Below, piece after piece: positions 25,175 to 39,521 of a DNA stretch of 64,000 nucleotides. How positions within the stretch are numbered: the stretch's first letter is position 1; each line of letters opens with the position of its first letter. The stretch lies in NCBI RefSeq assembly GCF_006345805.1, contig NC_043002.1, positions 34,224,001 through 34,288,000 of the forward strand, written 5' to 3'. Origin of the DNA: Octopus sinensis (Eukaryota). Under the pieces are notes generated by a model that was not told the DNA's origin, searched no databases, and saw nothing but the letters and a program-made list of their open reading frames with translations. A program made the position numbers and the translations under genes.

Positions 25175-26122
25175 TAGTAGTAGTAGTGTCATATGAGTAG
25201 TGTATGTGTGTGTGTATGTATGTATGTGTGTGTATGTATATGTATATGTATGTGTACATATATATATATATATACATATGCACACACACATACACATAGA
25301 TAGACAGATAGATTGTTGGATATATTTACACATACACACTCACACATACACATATACGCACACACATTCTTTTGGCATCTTGCGGATGAAGTAGTGTAGC
25401 GTCTGTGTAGCCTAAAGACGTGTGTGTGTGTGTGCGTGCGTGCAGTGACAGCCGTCCGTAGAGTGGTCAGTCGGCACCTTTGATGTGGGAGAGGACAACC
25501 AACGATCTCTCTTACCTTAGAAGTTAATCACCTGTATATCACCCAAACCCCCCGTCACAACCTCCTCAAACACCTTGCCCTCTTCCCTCGCTCTTCTTCA
25601 CATTCCCATCATCATCATTATCATCATTAGCTACGTCGCTCACTCTCCTTCTCTCTCCCTCCCCCTCTCTCCCTCCCCCCTCTCTCTCTCTTTCGGTTAA
25701 ATACAAGCAGACGGGGTTGGGGGCATATATATCACTTCTCTGACCACCTCCATCAACATCGCCACTTGTAAATCTTATTCCCACCTTCCTCCAGCCTACA
25801 CCACCCATACACTTCAGTTGGCCGGAATTGTACCACGTTCTCTTCTCAATAGACAATCAGTGGTCAATCCAGCCTGTCACCTTCACGCCACACATGACCA
25901 CCAGTTTCTTTTCAAGGGGTTTCGGTTCAAGTAACCGGGCCCTATGCAGCGAAATTCGAGGCTTAATTTTTATAAATTAAGGCGGTGGGTTGGTATGATG
26001 GTGGTTTTGGTTGAGATGATGGTGGTGATATCGGTGATGGAAATGGTTGATGCGTGTGTCTGTGTGTGTGTGTGTGTGTAGGTTGTGTTTGTATATGTTT
26101 GTGTGTGTGTATGTGTGCGCGC

Positions 26123-26160
<38 letters not shown>

Positions 26161-26208
26161 GTGTATGCATATCCATGTATAAAGAGATGTATAAGTAGCT
26201 AAGTAAAC

Positions 26209-26271
<63 letters not shown>

Positions 26272-26670
26272 AATGACATTGACGGTAATGATGATGGTGT
26301 TGATAATGACGTTGATCATGATCATGATGATGACAGCGACGACAATGATGGGAAGTAGAAGAATGAGAAAGGAGGTAAAAGAAAACGTGGCTGAGGTGGA
26401 AAATTTGGTCTTATGATGTACATTAATTAATTAATTAATTACACCGGAGAATTATTTCTAATTGATATCAACCAGTTTCCCCCGATTACAAATTTTCCCA
26501 TAATTGTTTCGAGTTAACTTTTAATGATCCAGCCACTTAAACTGTTAACACTTACTTAACTACTGTTGTTTTTGTAGATGGTGTCCCTGAGTAATATAAC
26601 TTATTTCTCTCAAACCAACCAATCCTATCACGCATGTAGTCACACGTTCGTGCCGGCGCGTACGCACACA

Positions 26671-26712
<42 letters not shown>

Positions 26713-26781
26713 AACAATTGCAAGTATATCAAATACCATACAATATAAATTCTTGATTCATAAAATTATCTCCGTTTCTAA

Positions 26782-27169
26782 AGGATGTGCCATAATTATC
26801 AGTAGGCTGTTGAGACTTGCTCCATATAAGAAGGAGAGATAATCGCAAGAATCAACAATTCTCTGAAACTGACATAGTATTAGGGAAAAGACAAGCTGAC
26901 TGTTTGGAGATAAGAGAACACTCGGAGAGAGGGGTTTCTGCCTCAATAAGCGTCACCAGCACGACAATTGCCCAAACTTATCTTCAGCAGCCAAGGAACT
27001 TAGACAGGAGTGGCTGTGTGGTAAGTAGCATGCTTGCCAACCACATGGTTCTGGGTTCAGTCCCACTGCATGGCACCTTGGGCAAGTGTCTTCTACTATA
27101 GCCTCAGGCGGACCAAAGCCTTGTGAGTGGATTTGGTAGACAGAAACTGAAATAATTATGGCACATCCT
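26782..27169. mobile_element. Putative small TIR element (AGGATGTGCCATAATTAT) containing a SINE A head at 27002-27150
   Basis: 18-bp sequence at 26782-26799 is inverted at 27152-27169. Confidence 0.5.
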
Positions 27170-27580
27170 CCTTTGGAGGATGTGCCATAATTATTAATAT
27201 ACATACATGTATGCGCGTGTGTGTGTGTGAGAGGGAGAGAGAGAGGGGGGGGGCATGCATGTGTGTCTTCGCGCGCGCGTGGACGTTTACCCAGTTGACA
27301 TACAAACAGGGTAAATGTACGTATTTTTCAATATATTCAAAAAGGTAGGAACAACGTAAATCGATTTTCGAGCCTTATTGGGGTCTCAGCAGTGGCGTTT
27401 ATACATATACACGAAATCTAGTAGTTCCAGAGAACCGGAGTCACTTATTAGAAAACAGTAAGTGTTTAACACTTTATTTACTATGTATGTATGTATGTAT
27501 ATATGTATATATGTGTTTATATACATACATACATACATACAACATACATACATACATACATACATACATACATACATACA

Positions 27581-27654
<74 letters not shown>

Positions 27655-27655
<1 letters not shown>

Positions 27656-28055
27656 TATCTTTTATTTTTTACTCGTTTCAGTCATTTTACAGCGGATATG
27701 CTGGGGTATCACCATGAAGGTTTTAGTTGAACAAATCAACCCCAGGACTTATTTTTTAAACCTAGTACTTATTCTATCCGTCTCTTATGCAAAACCGATT
27801 GTGGAGGAACAATTACGGACACAATGGCACACACACACACACATAAATATATGCACACATATATATGTATATATATATATATATACATACATACATACAT
27901 ACATACATACATACATACATACAACGGGCTTTTTTTCAGTCTCCGTTTACCAAATTGACTCACAAAACTTTAGTCGGCCCGAGGCTTCAGTAGAAGACAC
28001 TTGCCCGAGGAACCATGTGATTAAGGAGCAAGCTTCTTACCGCACAGGAATGCCT
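27655..28055 (-). mobile_element. SINE family A, diverged
   Basis: Reverse complement of head, core and tail. Confidence 0.78.
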
Positions 28056-28137
28056 ATGCCTAACTTCCTCTTTCTGTTCATGCGTACATATACATACATA
28101 GACAAATGTATATATATATGTATGTATATATGTATAT

Positions 28138-28217
<80 letters not shown>

Positions 28218-28359
28218 CGTGGTGTGTGTGTGTGTGTCTGCGCGCGTGTAGATATACAAATATATCTAGATACAAAAGTATGTATGAATGCATGTATGTA
28301 GGTACGTACGTATGTATGTTTGTATATTGTTGATGCAGTACCATCAGCATACTACAGAA

Positions 28360-29095
28360 CTTGGCGTAATGGGATCTTTTCAATTTGATGGCCAGATTTT
28401 TTAATTCTTTTTTTACTAAACACTTTGAAACTTCGGATACTGGTACAATGTGTCACATAGAACAGGGTTTACTCTCAACGTTTTTGACAAAACTTTGTAT
28501 TTTAGAAGTTATTTTGTGTTAAAGTTATCGTATTTGGGTAATTTTAACCAATCATTGACATGTATTCAGCTGAAGAAAATTACTGCTGCTGTTTGCGAAG
28601 AATAACTTCTGGGTCCACTCCCTACCAAAACCCTTCTTTAATAACCCTTCTTTAATGTGATTGCATGACCTGCTAGAAAAAGTAGCCAAACTTTTTTATG
28701 TACAGAATAGAAAGACCTCTGACACATTCAACCAGTATCCGAAGTTTCATACTTGCTATCTTTTATTCTTTCATCTTTTCTTTAACTTTTGCTGCTTCAT
28801 CATTCAATAAAGAATATTGTTTTAACTACAGGATAGCTCTGATTGTAATGGATCTGTGAGAAAAGGCATTCCAGCCATGACTATTTTGTCTTATTCTTTT
28901 TTAGAAGTAATGAATTCCTAAGCGAACATAAAATTACCCAAATACGACAACTTTAACACGAAATAACTTCTAAAATACGAAATTTTGTCAAAAGCATTAA
29001 GAGTAAACCCTGTTCTACGTGACACATTCTACCAGTATTCAAAAAAATTTTTTAATCTTGCCATCAAATTGAAAAGATCCACGTAATGTTCGCTA
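28360..29095. mobile_element. MITE with ~170-bp imperfect TIRs
   Basis: GATCTTTTCAATTTGATGGC...GTTAAAGTT.TCGTATTTGGGTAATTTT (28373-28547) is inverted at 28931-29080. Confidence 0.8.
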
Positions 29096-30784
29096 TTCAC
29101 TGTTAGATTTCACTGTTCACTGCGAGGCGCCTATTGTGAGAAGGGACCGGTAAACCGAATGGCATTGTATGGCACTCACACTGATTGAAAAATATCGCCT
29201 TACCACCAAAACTCTGACGTAAGTGAATTATTGAGATCGAGAATATGTTGAGAAACATTTCGCTAAATATACATGACATTTATCTAAAATAAGTTTTATT
29301 TGACTTTGAAAAGTTTAGTAATCTATTGGTAAAGACAGAACCACATGCCATACGCTTTGGTAAATATCTTCACAAACAGGTAATAAAAGACTTCCCTCAG
29401 CAGCTACAATCCAATAAACTACGAAGCAAAAAGATTGGCACACAGTTTGAAGTAGCAGACCGTTAAGACTGCCTCGGAACATGTATAAATGACAATTACA
29501 GTTTTAAAGAAAAGCGTATGTACAGGTTAAGCAGCAATATGAAAAGTAAATCGGTTAAATTAGCAAAGATATTTATTCTATAAATGCTTGGATCAGAACT
29601 GCTCCCAGTCTCAGACAATGGAAATAGCTATAAGTGTTAAAATGTAACTACAAAGAAATTTGAGTAAGACTGCGTGTAACATGTTGAGAAGTCATTGTTT
29701 AAAAAAAAAAAATGCCGCGAAAAGCTGCGTGTTACATAATTAATTATTTCCTTTGAAAGAAATTATATTCATTTTAGTGTTTATTCAACCGTTACGATGT
29801 TTATAAAAACTGCTGTTACGAATTGGAAGTAAATACAAATATTTGTTTTGATATAAAATCTCTTGTTGTTGTTGTAGAGGCCTTTGCTGCATGGAGGCGA
29901 AGGGTAATTGGTGCAAAGCTCGCGGGATTTTTCCCGTCGTTGGTCTGTGTGAGTGTATATGTGAAAACTAAGTGTTTGACTTACATGATGACAAATGTAA
30001 ACGGTTTACTAGTGGCAGAAGAAAAGGGGGAATTTTTCTAAAGGTATCTCGAATTTCTATTTGTGCCATATTTGAACTAGTTCATTGACAATGAAAGTGA
30101 GATCAAATTAATATATCATCCAAAATGGCAGCCGATTTGATAGTTTAAACTAAAAAATTCGAAATTCTGAGAATATTGGAAACTAAGACGAACACTAAAC
30201 TTTCACCTCTTGCCAACGAATCTAGTGTGTTATCTTTTACATAGTTGTAATGCCACCATTAAGTGGTTTAACTATATCGAATGAAGCATTGAACACTAAT
30301 AACTCGACCCCCAAAACTGTAGTATGCAGATGAGAGTCCACTTTCGATAATTCATTTGATATTTGATTCTTGGATTTTATTTTACTCTGACTCTCAGACT
30401 TCCCGTCATCTATTTTGTCTGCAATCTCCTTTCACCTTGTTAGTTAAAGACGTGTCATCTTCCACTCCTTCGTCGTGCCATTACGTCAGCTTCCTTCTGC
30501 AATGACTACCACCCTGCAAATTAGTAATATTTGTAATTTCTACAAATTGAAATGTCATTGCCAACCACCAATCATTTCCTACAAAACTCCCCATATCTTT
30601 CCTCAATTCTTTTTTTATCGATTTACGTATTTATTTAGCTATTTATTCATATTTCATATAGTTTATTCTGTCCGATGAAATCACAAAACGTCAGGGAAAT
30701 TTCGGGATAACAGAAAGCTCCATCAGTTGGAATATACTCTGAAAATGTATCCTAGCACTTTCCCCACTTTTCGTCAATATCTAC

Positions 30785-30884
30785 GATGCATGCATGTATG
30801 TATGTATGTATGTATGTATGTATGTATGTATGTATGTATGTATGTATGCATGCATGTAGATATAAATGCAAACACACATATAGG

Positions 30885-30948
<64 letters not shown>

Positions 30949-31377
30949 CAGATAGACAGATATATAGATAGACAGATAGATAAACATACATATATACATA
31001 TATACACACAACTCATACAGACACAGGCACAACACACACTCATAGGCATTATAATATAAGCACACAGGCATAAATACACATACACATACACACACATATA
31101 TATATACATATATATGTATGTATATAATTATATATATATATACATACATATATATATACATACATACATACATACATACATACATACATACATGCATACA
31201 TACATGCATACATACATACATGCATACATACACACACACACAACACACACACACACACACAGATACACACACATATGTCGTATTGGTAGTAACGGATTCC
31301 GAAATATCTATGTGAATGTATGTGAGGGGCGCGGGTGAGAGAGAGAGAGAGAGAGAGAGTGTGTGTGTGTGTGTGTG

Positions 31378-31423
<46 letters not shown>

Positions 31424-31871
31424 GAGGTGGGTGTAGACAGCGGTGGTCAATGAAAGAAGCCTTTGAAAGGTTTATAAACGGCGCATAGCATCCACCAACA
31501 ACATCTCCATCAGTTCAATAGTAACAAAAACAATAACAAATACAACAATAGCAACAACAAAGTGTTTATAGTTCCCTCGTTACCAAAAGACTGTCACATA
31601 TTTTCAATGATCTCTTAATATCGACCATTAAGGCACATCAACGTCTCTTTCACAGATACAATAACAACAACAACAACGGTAACAATAATACAGTTTAATG
31701 ACTCCTCCCTACCCTCTGTATCGCACTCATGCTACGAGACCGTATGTCGTTCCATTCACATTATCTATTCATCTATCTATCTATCTATTTGTCTGTCTGT
31801 CTGTCTGTCTATTTATCTATCTATCTCTCAGTCTGTTTGTCTGTCTATCTATCTATTTGTATGTCAGTCTG

Positions 31872-31930
<59 letters not shown>

Positions 31931-32150
31931 GTCAGTCTATTTATCTATCTATCTATCTGTATGTCTGTCTGTCTGTCTATCTGTCTATCTCTATTTATCT
32001 ATCTATTTGTCTGTCTGTCTGTCTATCTATCTATTTATCTCTGTCTGTCTGTATCTCTGTCTGTCTGTATGTGTGTACGTATGTATGTATGTATGTATGT
32101 ATGTATGTATGTATGTATGTATGTACTACGTATGTGTGTGTGTGTATTTA
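30785..32150. repeat. Large compound microsatellite field ((TATG)n, (TAGA)n, (CA)n, (TCTA/TCTG)n)
   Basis: Read directly; explains many spurious ORFs here. Confidence 0.95.
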
Positions 32151-32872
32151 TGATTGTCTGAGTGTCTATCTACCTATCTGTCAACATAATATATATTATA
32201 TTGTGAATACACCCACACACTCACATGCACGCACACACGCACACACACACATATGCGCACGCACACATACACAAACCTTATATATATATACATGTGTGTA
32301 ATATACGATATATATATATGTATATATATATATTATACTTACATGCATGCATACACACATGCATATCGCTTTCTGTCTTAATCTTGTTTTATTATATTTT
32401 TCAATCAGATTTATATTTATCCAGCGGCAAGCGATAAGAACAGCACCGCCACCACCACAGCCGCCACCACCACAGCCGCCACCACCACCGCCGTCACCAC
32501 CGCAGCCGCCTGCACCAGCCATCACCAGTCATCACCACCACCACCACCACCCCAACTCAATCCCATTGCCTACCATCAGCCCATTATCAAGTACTCTATT
32601 CTATGGTGCTTACCCGCTACACTACACACGCTGGACCCTATTTGGACGGACAAAGAAAGCCACGGCTAAATAAAGTCATAAACCGGACAATAATGAGACC
32701 CTAAACACCCTTTGGACGTTCTCTGATCATATAGATGTGTGTTGGGTGTGTGTCCGTCACTGAGCGTTTATACTCACGCATACACATACTCACGTGCGCG
32801 CCGACATATCCGTATATACATTTATATAAATAATATTCGCTCATAAACACTTAGATCTACATACACTCGCTC

Positions 32873-32988
<116 letters not shown>

Positions 32989-33103
32989 TACATACACACA
33001 CATATGTGTGTACATACATAGATGCATATATAACCTTGCGCTAAGCTCCATAAAATATTTAAAAGACATGTTCCGACACCTTACGTGTCGTCTGTGTGTG
33101 TGT

Positions 33104-33152
<49 letters not shown>

Positions 33153-33280
33153 GTATGTACATGCACATGTACATGTACACACACGCATGCACACATGTTC
33201 ATACACACACATACATGCATTCATTCACACACTTATACAGGCGCATATGCATGCAAATATATAAGAATAGATAGATAGAT

Positions 33281-33350
<70 letters not shown>

Positions 33351-33365
33351 AAGACAGACAGACAG

Positions 33366-33399
<34 letters not shown>

Positions 33400-33402
33400 T
33401 AT

Positions 33403-33433
<31 letters not shown>

Positions 33434-34859
33434 ATTCACCATTGCCTACTCACGACGTTCGTGACCATCCAAGGGCGTGACATGGAGTAAATATCATATT
33501 TTGATATAAGTATATCTATTCATTCTACACAACGTATTGAGTTCTATCACAGATAACGTTTTGACTTTATAAAAATATTTTTTATACGACATATTTCTAT
33601 ACGATATATGTGTATATGTGTGTGCGCGTGTGTGCGCGCGTGCGTGCGTGTATGTATGTATGCATGCATGCATGTATGTATGTATGTATGTATGTATGCA
33701 TGTATGTATGTATGTATGTATGTATGTATGTATGTATGTATGTATGTATGTATGTATGTATAGGGTGTATCTGTGTGTATTATCTGTTTAATTCAGATTT
33801 GCATTATGAAACGCTTCACAAACACAAAAAACACATCTAATCGTTCGAAAATGTATTGTCTACTAAAGTCATTGCAACCCTAGTGTTTATTTCAGTGTAC
33901 CAATACCTTTTGAACACAGCAGATCTATATAACATGTTATCTCAGGAAAAATATTATAGTAACTGGCCTATCGACAATGTTTGTACAGCGGTGGTTCTCA
34001 CACCATTTTTTACTGATGGACACCTTTGATTCCTATTTTACTCGAGTGGACCCTGATAGCGATTCAATCTTTAAAAATATCCTATTATATTTTTATAATT
34101 AAACATTATTAAGGACTGTATGAAAAAATTGCGAAAATAGTTTGACAGAAAGATAGAACGGGGATCACCTGTCGAAATTTCAAAGTTCATTAAAAAGTTT
34201 TAAATTTGGTGTATGAATATAATTTTCCAAGTGGAATCTCAGTAGATATTTCACTTTTCCCAGAAAAAAAAAAAAATTTAAATTAGTTATAGAGGTTTAA
34301 AGTTTGATAATTTTTACATAATCAGAAAACAGGATTTGGAAGCCGTCATTTTGTGCGTGACAGCAACATGTTGTCAACTGCAAACAAAATAAATATTGGC
34401 GGAATTATTCTGAACAGGAGGAGACATGTGGGACGGAGAGTCGCTGAAAAGGTCATAGGATGTGTGACGAAAGATTTATGACAAAGGACACAAAAATAAG
34501 ACCAATGATAGAGCTAAAGTGAAGAACGAATATATAGTGCGTGTATTTATTTGGTAAAAAAAGAAAACTGAAAAGAAAAGAAAAAAAGAATGACCGTCCC
34601 CAAATATAACACGATTTCACTACAGAAATCTTGCAAAACGAACACATAAACGTAAGAAAATATTTTGTTTATTGTAGAATTATAACCAATTCATTGCCCA
34701 TAAATTTTAACAACAAAATCTTATATGAACCCCCAAGAGTCATATGGATTCCAGTTGAGAACAGCTTATTTAGCCTTTATACTTCTTATATCTCTCCTTT
34801 TCCAAAATAACTTCTTATATTGAACCCTACTATTTCCCTCTACTTAACTCTCTCATATC

Positions 34860-34907
34860 GTCTCTGATGAAGGGGTATCCCTCATATCCTTAAAACAGCT
34901 GTAAGAC
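34860..34907 (+). ncRNA. Hammerhead fold with G12A substitution (probably inactive), in a Penelope-tail-like sequence at about 34770-34980
   Basis: GTCT / CTGATGA / AGG...CCT-T / AAAAC (GAAAC expected) / AGCT / GT-A / AGAC. Confidence 0.6.
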
Positions 34908-35143
34908 TAGCTTTCTCTTTATAAATGCCCTAGAAATTTTCACACTGCCCTGCTTTCGTTGTCCCATTTTATTTAATATATACATACTCACACACGACCC
35001 GCATTAGACTCCCCACTCGTACTATTATCGCACCGGGAGCCTATCTACGGTCCTTCCGTATCAATTACATAACCTTACCTACCATCTTAGGTCTTCTGGA
35101 TACTAAAACTGATATATATATATATATATATATTATAATTTAT

Positions 35144-35232
35144 TGACATTGAAACACTTTAATTTATCAACATTGAAACATTTTAGTTTGTCAACATTGA
35201 AACATTTTGATTTGTCAACATTGAAACTTATA
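35144..35232 (+). repeat. 24-bp minisatellite, about 3.5 copies (TCAACATTGAAACATTTTAGTTTG)
   Basis: Read directly. Confidence 0.85.
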
Positions 35233-35414
35233 ACGATGTTTTTCTAATTTTACACTTTTACCATTGATAAACAAAAAAATATTGTTGAAACTAGTTTGGT
35301 ATATATGTATATAAATGTATTTTAAACATTTACGAGCTTTTGAAATTTAAATGCAATTTCAACAACACATTTTCCTATATTTTTACCTGCGTGGAAACAC
35401 CAGTCCCTCTTTTG

Positions 35415-35453
<39 letters not shown>

Positions 35454-37227
35454 TATACATATATGTATGTGTATATATATATGTGTGTGTGTGTATGTGT
35501 GTCTGTGTGCGTGTGTCAATATGCACACACCCACAGGCTAGTCCCCATATATATATATATATATATACACTAAACGCTTTTTATAAACTAGTGTACAAAG
35601 TATATTCTAAAATGTCTCTAGTAGAACCACGCTAGTATTATTTCTGGGTCCCATTTAATACAATATGCAAGTGGCTCTATTCACACGACTGATTAGTCTC
35701 TGATTACGTAATCATAATAATTAATCAGTTTCGCGAGTTATGATTTATTTGATAATGGCTTGCTCAAGTTATACCATACTCCCCTCTCTCTCTCGCTTTC
35801 CATCCCACTCTCTCTCCTCTCTTTCTCCCTGCTTCTCCCTTTTTCTTTCCTTGTATGTCTGTCTCTCTGTTTCTGTCTGTCTCGCACACACATGCACGCG
35901 CGCGCGCGCGTACGAACACATTATAAACGACCAGCTATAACAAACCGAAAAGAGCCAAGTGAATGATATTTGTTCAGCCCCGGCATGCAGATTATGGTTA
36001 GTTTTTCACACTAAATCTAATACGTTTATATTCATGTATGCGTAATTGTCGTAGCTAATTAACTAGCTTTATCATTCATAAATAACGTGTTTGTTGAAGT
36101 ATGAATTAGGACACCGTGGGTGAGTAGCAGTTGTTTGGTCTTCACTCAGATTGAAAGCTAATAATATTTCAAACTATTCTGTCTAAAACCGTCAGTTATG
36201 ACGATAATTAAAGTTTTCCGGACTATTTGCCTCGTCTTTATTACTTTTATTTAGATGTCATATTCCTGAATATGATATAAATAATATTTACATTATTTCA
36301 AGATATATTTGATCTTGACTTTTTCTTTTATAAATATTAATACAGTGAAACGCCGGCTTACAGACAATTAATAGTGTGTTATAAAGATATTTAAGTTTAA
36401 TCAACCAGTAATGACAGCCATATTGGACTGAAAACTACACAAGTTCTGCTGATGCAGTAACCAGTAAGAACTGGCATAAAATCCCAGAAATTCTGGGATT
36501 TTCCTAAACAGAAAACAGCAAACTGATTCAGATTCTCTAAATGCAATTAAAAAATATTTGCTAAACATTCCAAAGGATTCTCCGTTTGAAGTTCTTGCAC
36601 TGAAAATATGCAGATGATAATGTATACATATGATAAACATATGCATAAACAGTAATGAAACAACAAACTTGTGTACTGAAGTGACATATATACTCACTAC
36701 ATGACTACAAGTTTATCCACATGCACACACACACACACATGCATACACCGACTAACTTAGACAACCATAAACCGCAAAAGGTGTCTTCGCTTAAACAGGA
36801 GAGCCTTATTAGTGACGGGCTTGGAATCTGCCAAGTATATTCTTTTTGTGTTATTTTTTTTACTGAAACAATTCAGATTCTGTCTTTGATACAGGGAGTT
36901 CTGTAGCGGATGACTCACTACAAAATAAGAGCACCCACATTTCCTTTATATCGCGCAAAAAAAGTTGGATCCAGTTATTTATATATTTTTCATTGTTAAG
37001 ACTTAATGTCGTGACCCTAAATAATTTGCAATTGATATGAACATTTGTTCACCAGTTCTGGTGAAAAATACCTTGGCAAGATTAAATTATGTAATCTGTC
37101 GTGCGTGTGTATATACCTTGATACCGGATTTCACGCTCATGCATTTATCTATTTATCTATCTATCTATCTATCTATCTATCTTCTATCTATCTATCTATC
37201 TATTTATCTATCGATATATATATGTAT

Positions 37228-37275
<48 letters not shown>

Positions 37276-37989
37276 ATATATATTATATATATATATATAT
37301 ACATATACATAAATATATATATAACGGAAACATTTTATTTTTATGGTTTCTTTCTTTGGTTAAAAGGAAAAAATATAAGATTACAAAATTTTGAGTATGA
37401 AAACGTACATACTCAAAATGTATGTACTAGTTTGCAATTCGAAAATACATATCGGCGTAAGTATAAAAATTCAAATTTGCAGTTCAAAGAGACTGCTTGC
37501 AGACCTTAACAAAGTTATTAGTCTTTGCTAATTGAAAGGAAACCTAGCCCCAGAGACAAGGGAATTGTTGACTGAAACAATGGAAATCCAACACGGGTTA
37601 TGGCTAATGACCCTGGAGATCTAATTAATCATACCCAGAGCTGTCACCTTGTCTTCTAAAAACTGTCCCCTACTCACCCATTCACTAAATATGAAAATGC
37701 AAATTTTGTGAAATTATTCCTAATTTCCAGAAATTATCTCCCCGTTTTCCTCTGAAGGTCACTAATAATTGTCACAAGGTTTAAGTTTTCCTTCTCCAAC
37801 CAAAATAAAAATTTCAATTTTTTATGATTCTTTTACCTACATTATTCAGGACATCAGCATTTATTTGAATTAACTAAATTCATAGCATTGGCCCACTTGA
37901 GTTAGTTCATTTAGCCCATTTTCTTTAGGTATGTATATGCCTTGTACGTATATAACAGTCATCAATGAACAATTTGTAAATTATAGATT

Positions 37990-38370
37990 TCAATCTTTGG
38001 CGCAATGCCAGCAATTTTGATGAAGGGGACACGTCGATTACATCGACCCTAACAGTCAACTAGTACTTATTTTATACACTCCAAACGGATGAAAGGCAAA
38101 ATTAGACTCAGCGGAATTAAAACTCAGAACGTGAAGTCGGACAAAATGCCGCTAAGTATTTTACGATTCTACCAGCTCGCTTCCTTAGCAATCTGTATAT
38201 TAAAGTGTCTTCGAAGGCGACCGGATAAAATTCTTTCGTCCGTCTTTACGTTCTGAGTTCAAATTCCGGCGAATTCTTCGGGATGAATAAGTACCAGTCG
38301 ATCACTGGGGTCGATATAATCGACGTACCTCCACCCCGAAACTGCTGGTCTTGTGCCGAAATTTGAAACC
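37990..38370. mobile_element. Head-to-head inverted pair of SINE B fragments
   Basis: Minus copy about 37990-38190, plus copy about 38225-38370. Confidence 0.75.
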
Positions 38371-38439
38371 GATATTATATAGTGTCTTCTCTTACATCTA
38401 ATGATGGATCTTTGTGGTTATCGTCACTCTACAATTGTG

Positions 38440-38720
38440 TTCCAGTTGTTTTCAAATTTGGTATATGAATTAAGCTTTGTATAATAATTATGAAAATGAA
38501 ATTTATTTTCCCCACAAATTCATAAAAAGTTATTAGCCTTTAAAGTTTGCAAAATTTTGGTTATTTTAGCCAATCAGAAGTGAGTATTTTGCGCATGACC
38601 GTGAAGTTCTGTTAGCATAGTAAGCAAAGAAGCACCACAAGTTCCATAGCTGATTGTGAAGAACTCTATTTCCATAGTAACCAAAGATGCTACGCAAGCG
38701 CATAAGGAGTGTAGCCACAA
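38440..38720 (-). repeat. Inverted third copy of the NRF1/RFX/CCAAT-bearing repeat
   Basis: AGCCAATCAG 38568-38577, ATTTCCATAGTAAC 38668-38681, TACGCAAGCGCA 38691-38702, collinear with RC of 18090-18400. Confidence 0.75.
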
Positions 38721-38899
38721 CGTGTTTGCTTTCATAATACAATAAAACCACAAAGATCCCTAATGACTGCTATAGTTTAATAAATTGCAGTTCTTAATGT
38801 TGCTTTTATCATTGTTCGCTGGCAAGAAAAAAAATCATTATTTGAAGACTAAAAAAAATTATTATTGTTCGCCGACAATATTTGGAGCCAAAATAAAGA

Positions 38900-39355
38900 A
38901 AACTGATCTCGCTGGTCACAATGACGTCAGGCAGCAGCGAAGCAAGACGCGAGGTGCACGTGATCATCGAACATTTTAAATCGCTGAAGTAAAGCTTCCG
39001 TTTTCTCTTTAAACAACCGACAGTTGTTAGAAATTTCATACTGTGGAAATTGTCAACACACAGCCTTTTCTCAGTGGGCCTACATTTAGAAATTCTGTTA
39101 TTTTTATTTTTTTTTCCTTGGTATTTGTTTTTGTTCAGTTTCTTAACGTTGAATCTTTCGTATACGGAATTCGATTTTAGGTGTCAGCTTTTGTGTTGGT
39201 TCATACGAAACAAGTGACAAGCTTTCATTAGGAAATCTAGTGATTCAATTTCAACCCTAACCCTCGTTTTTAGATTTAATCAAGATTTTGAAATTTTATT
39301 GAAAGTAACGAGAAGACCAACCAGCTCATGATTCTTAGGAGTGAATACGGTAAGA
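38900..39355 (+). promoter_or_regulatory. Candidate promoter and first exon
   Basis: Local CpG enrichment, perfect CRE TGACGTCA 38922-38929, E-box CACGTG 38957-38962, strong donor ACG|GTAAGA at 39349/39350, about 1.7 kb upstream of the first confident coding exon. Confidence 0.45.
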
Positions 39356-39447
39356 TTATCACTTTTCTTTTCACATCATTGTGTCTGTGAAGTGTTGGTA
39401 ATAGAACACAGTGTTACAAACAAACTATATTAAGAATGCACTCACCC

Positions 39448-39521
<74 letters not shown>

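Noticed and set aside
30665-30700. CCGATGA...AAACGTC hammerhead-like motif
   Set aside because: No stem II and G12 missing.
32196-32673. Gly-rich and Pro/His-rich ORFs (32196-32525 minus, 32347-32673 plus)
   Set aside because: Produced by a (CCR)n trinucleotide tract plus SSR; no recognisable domain or convincing splice sites around the repeat.
33986-34770. Possible hAT MITE (GTGGTTCTCA ... TTGAGAACAGC)
   Set aside because: TIRs degenerate and no 8-bp TSD found.
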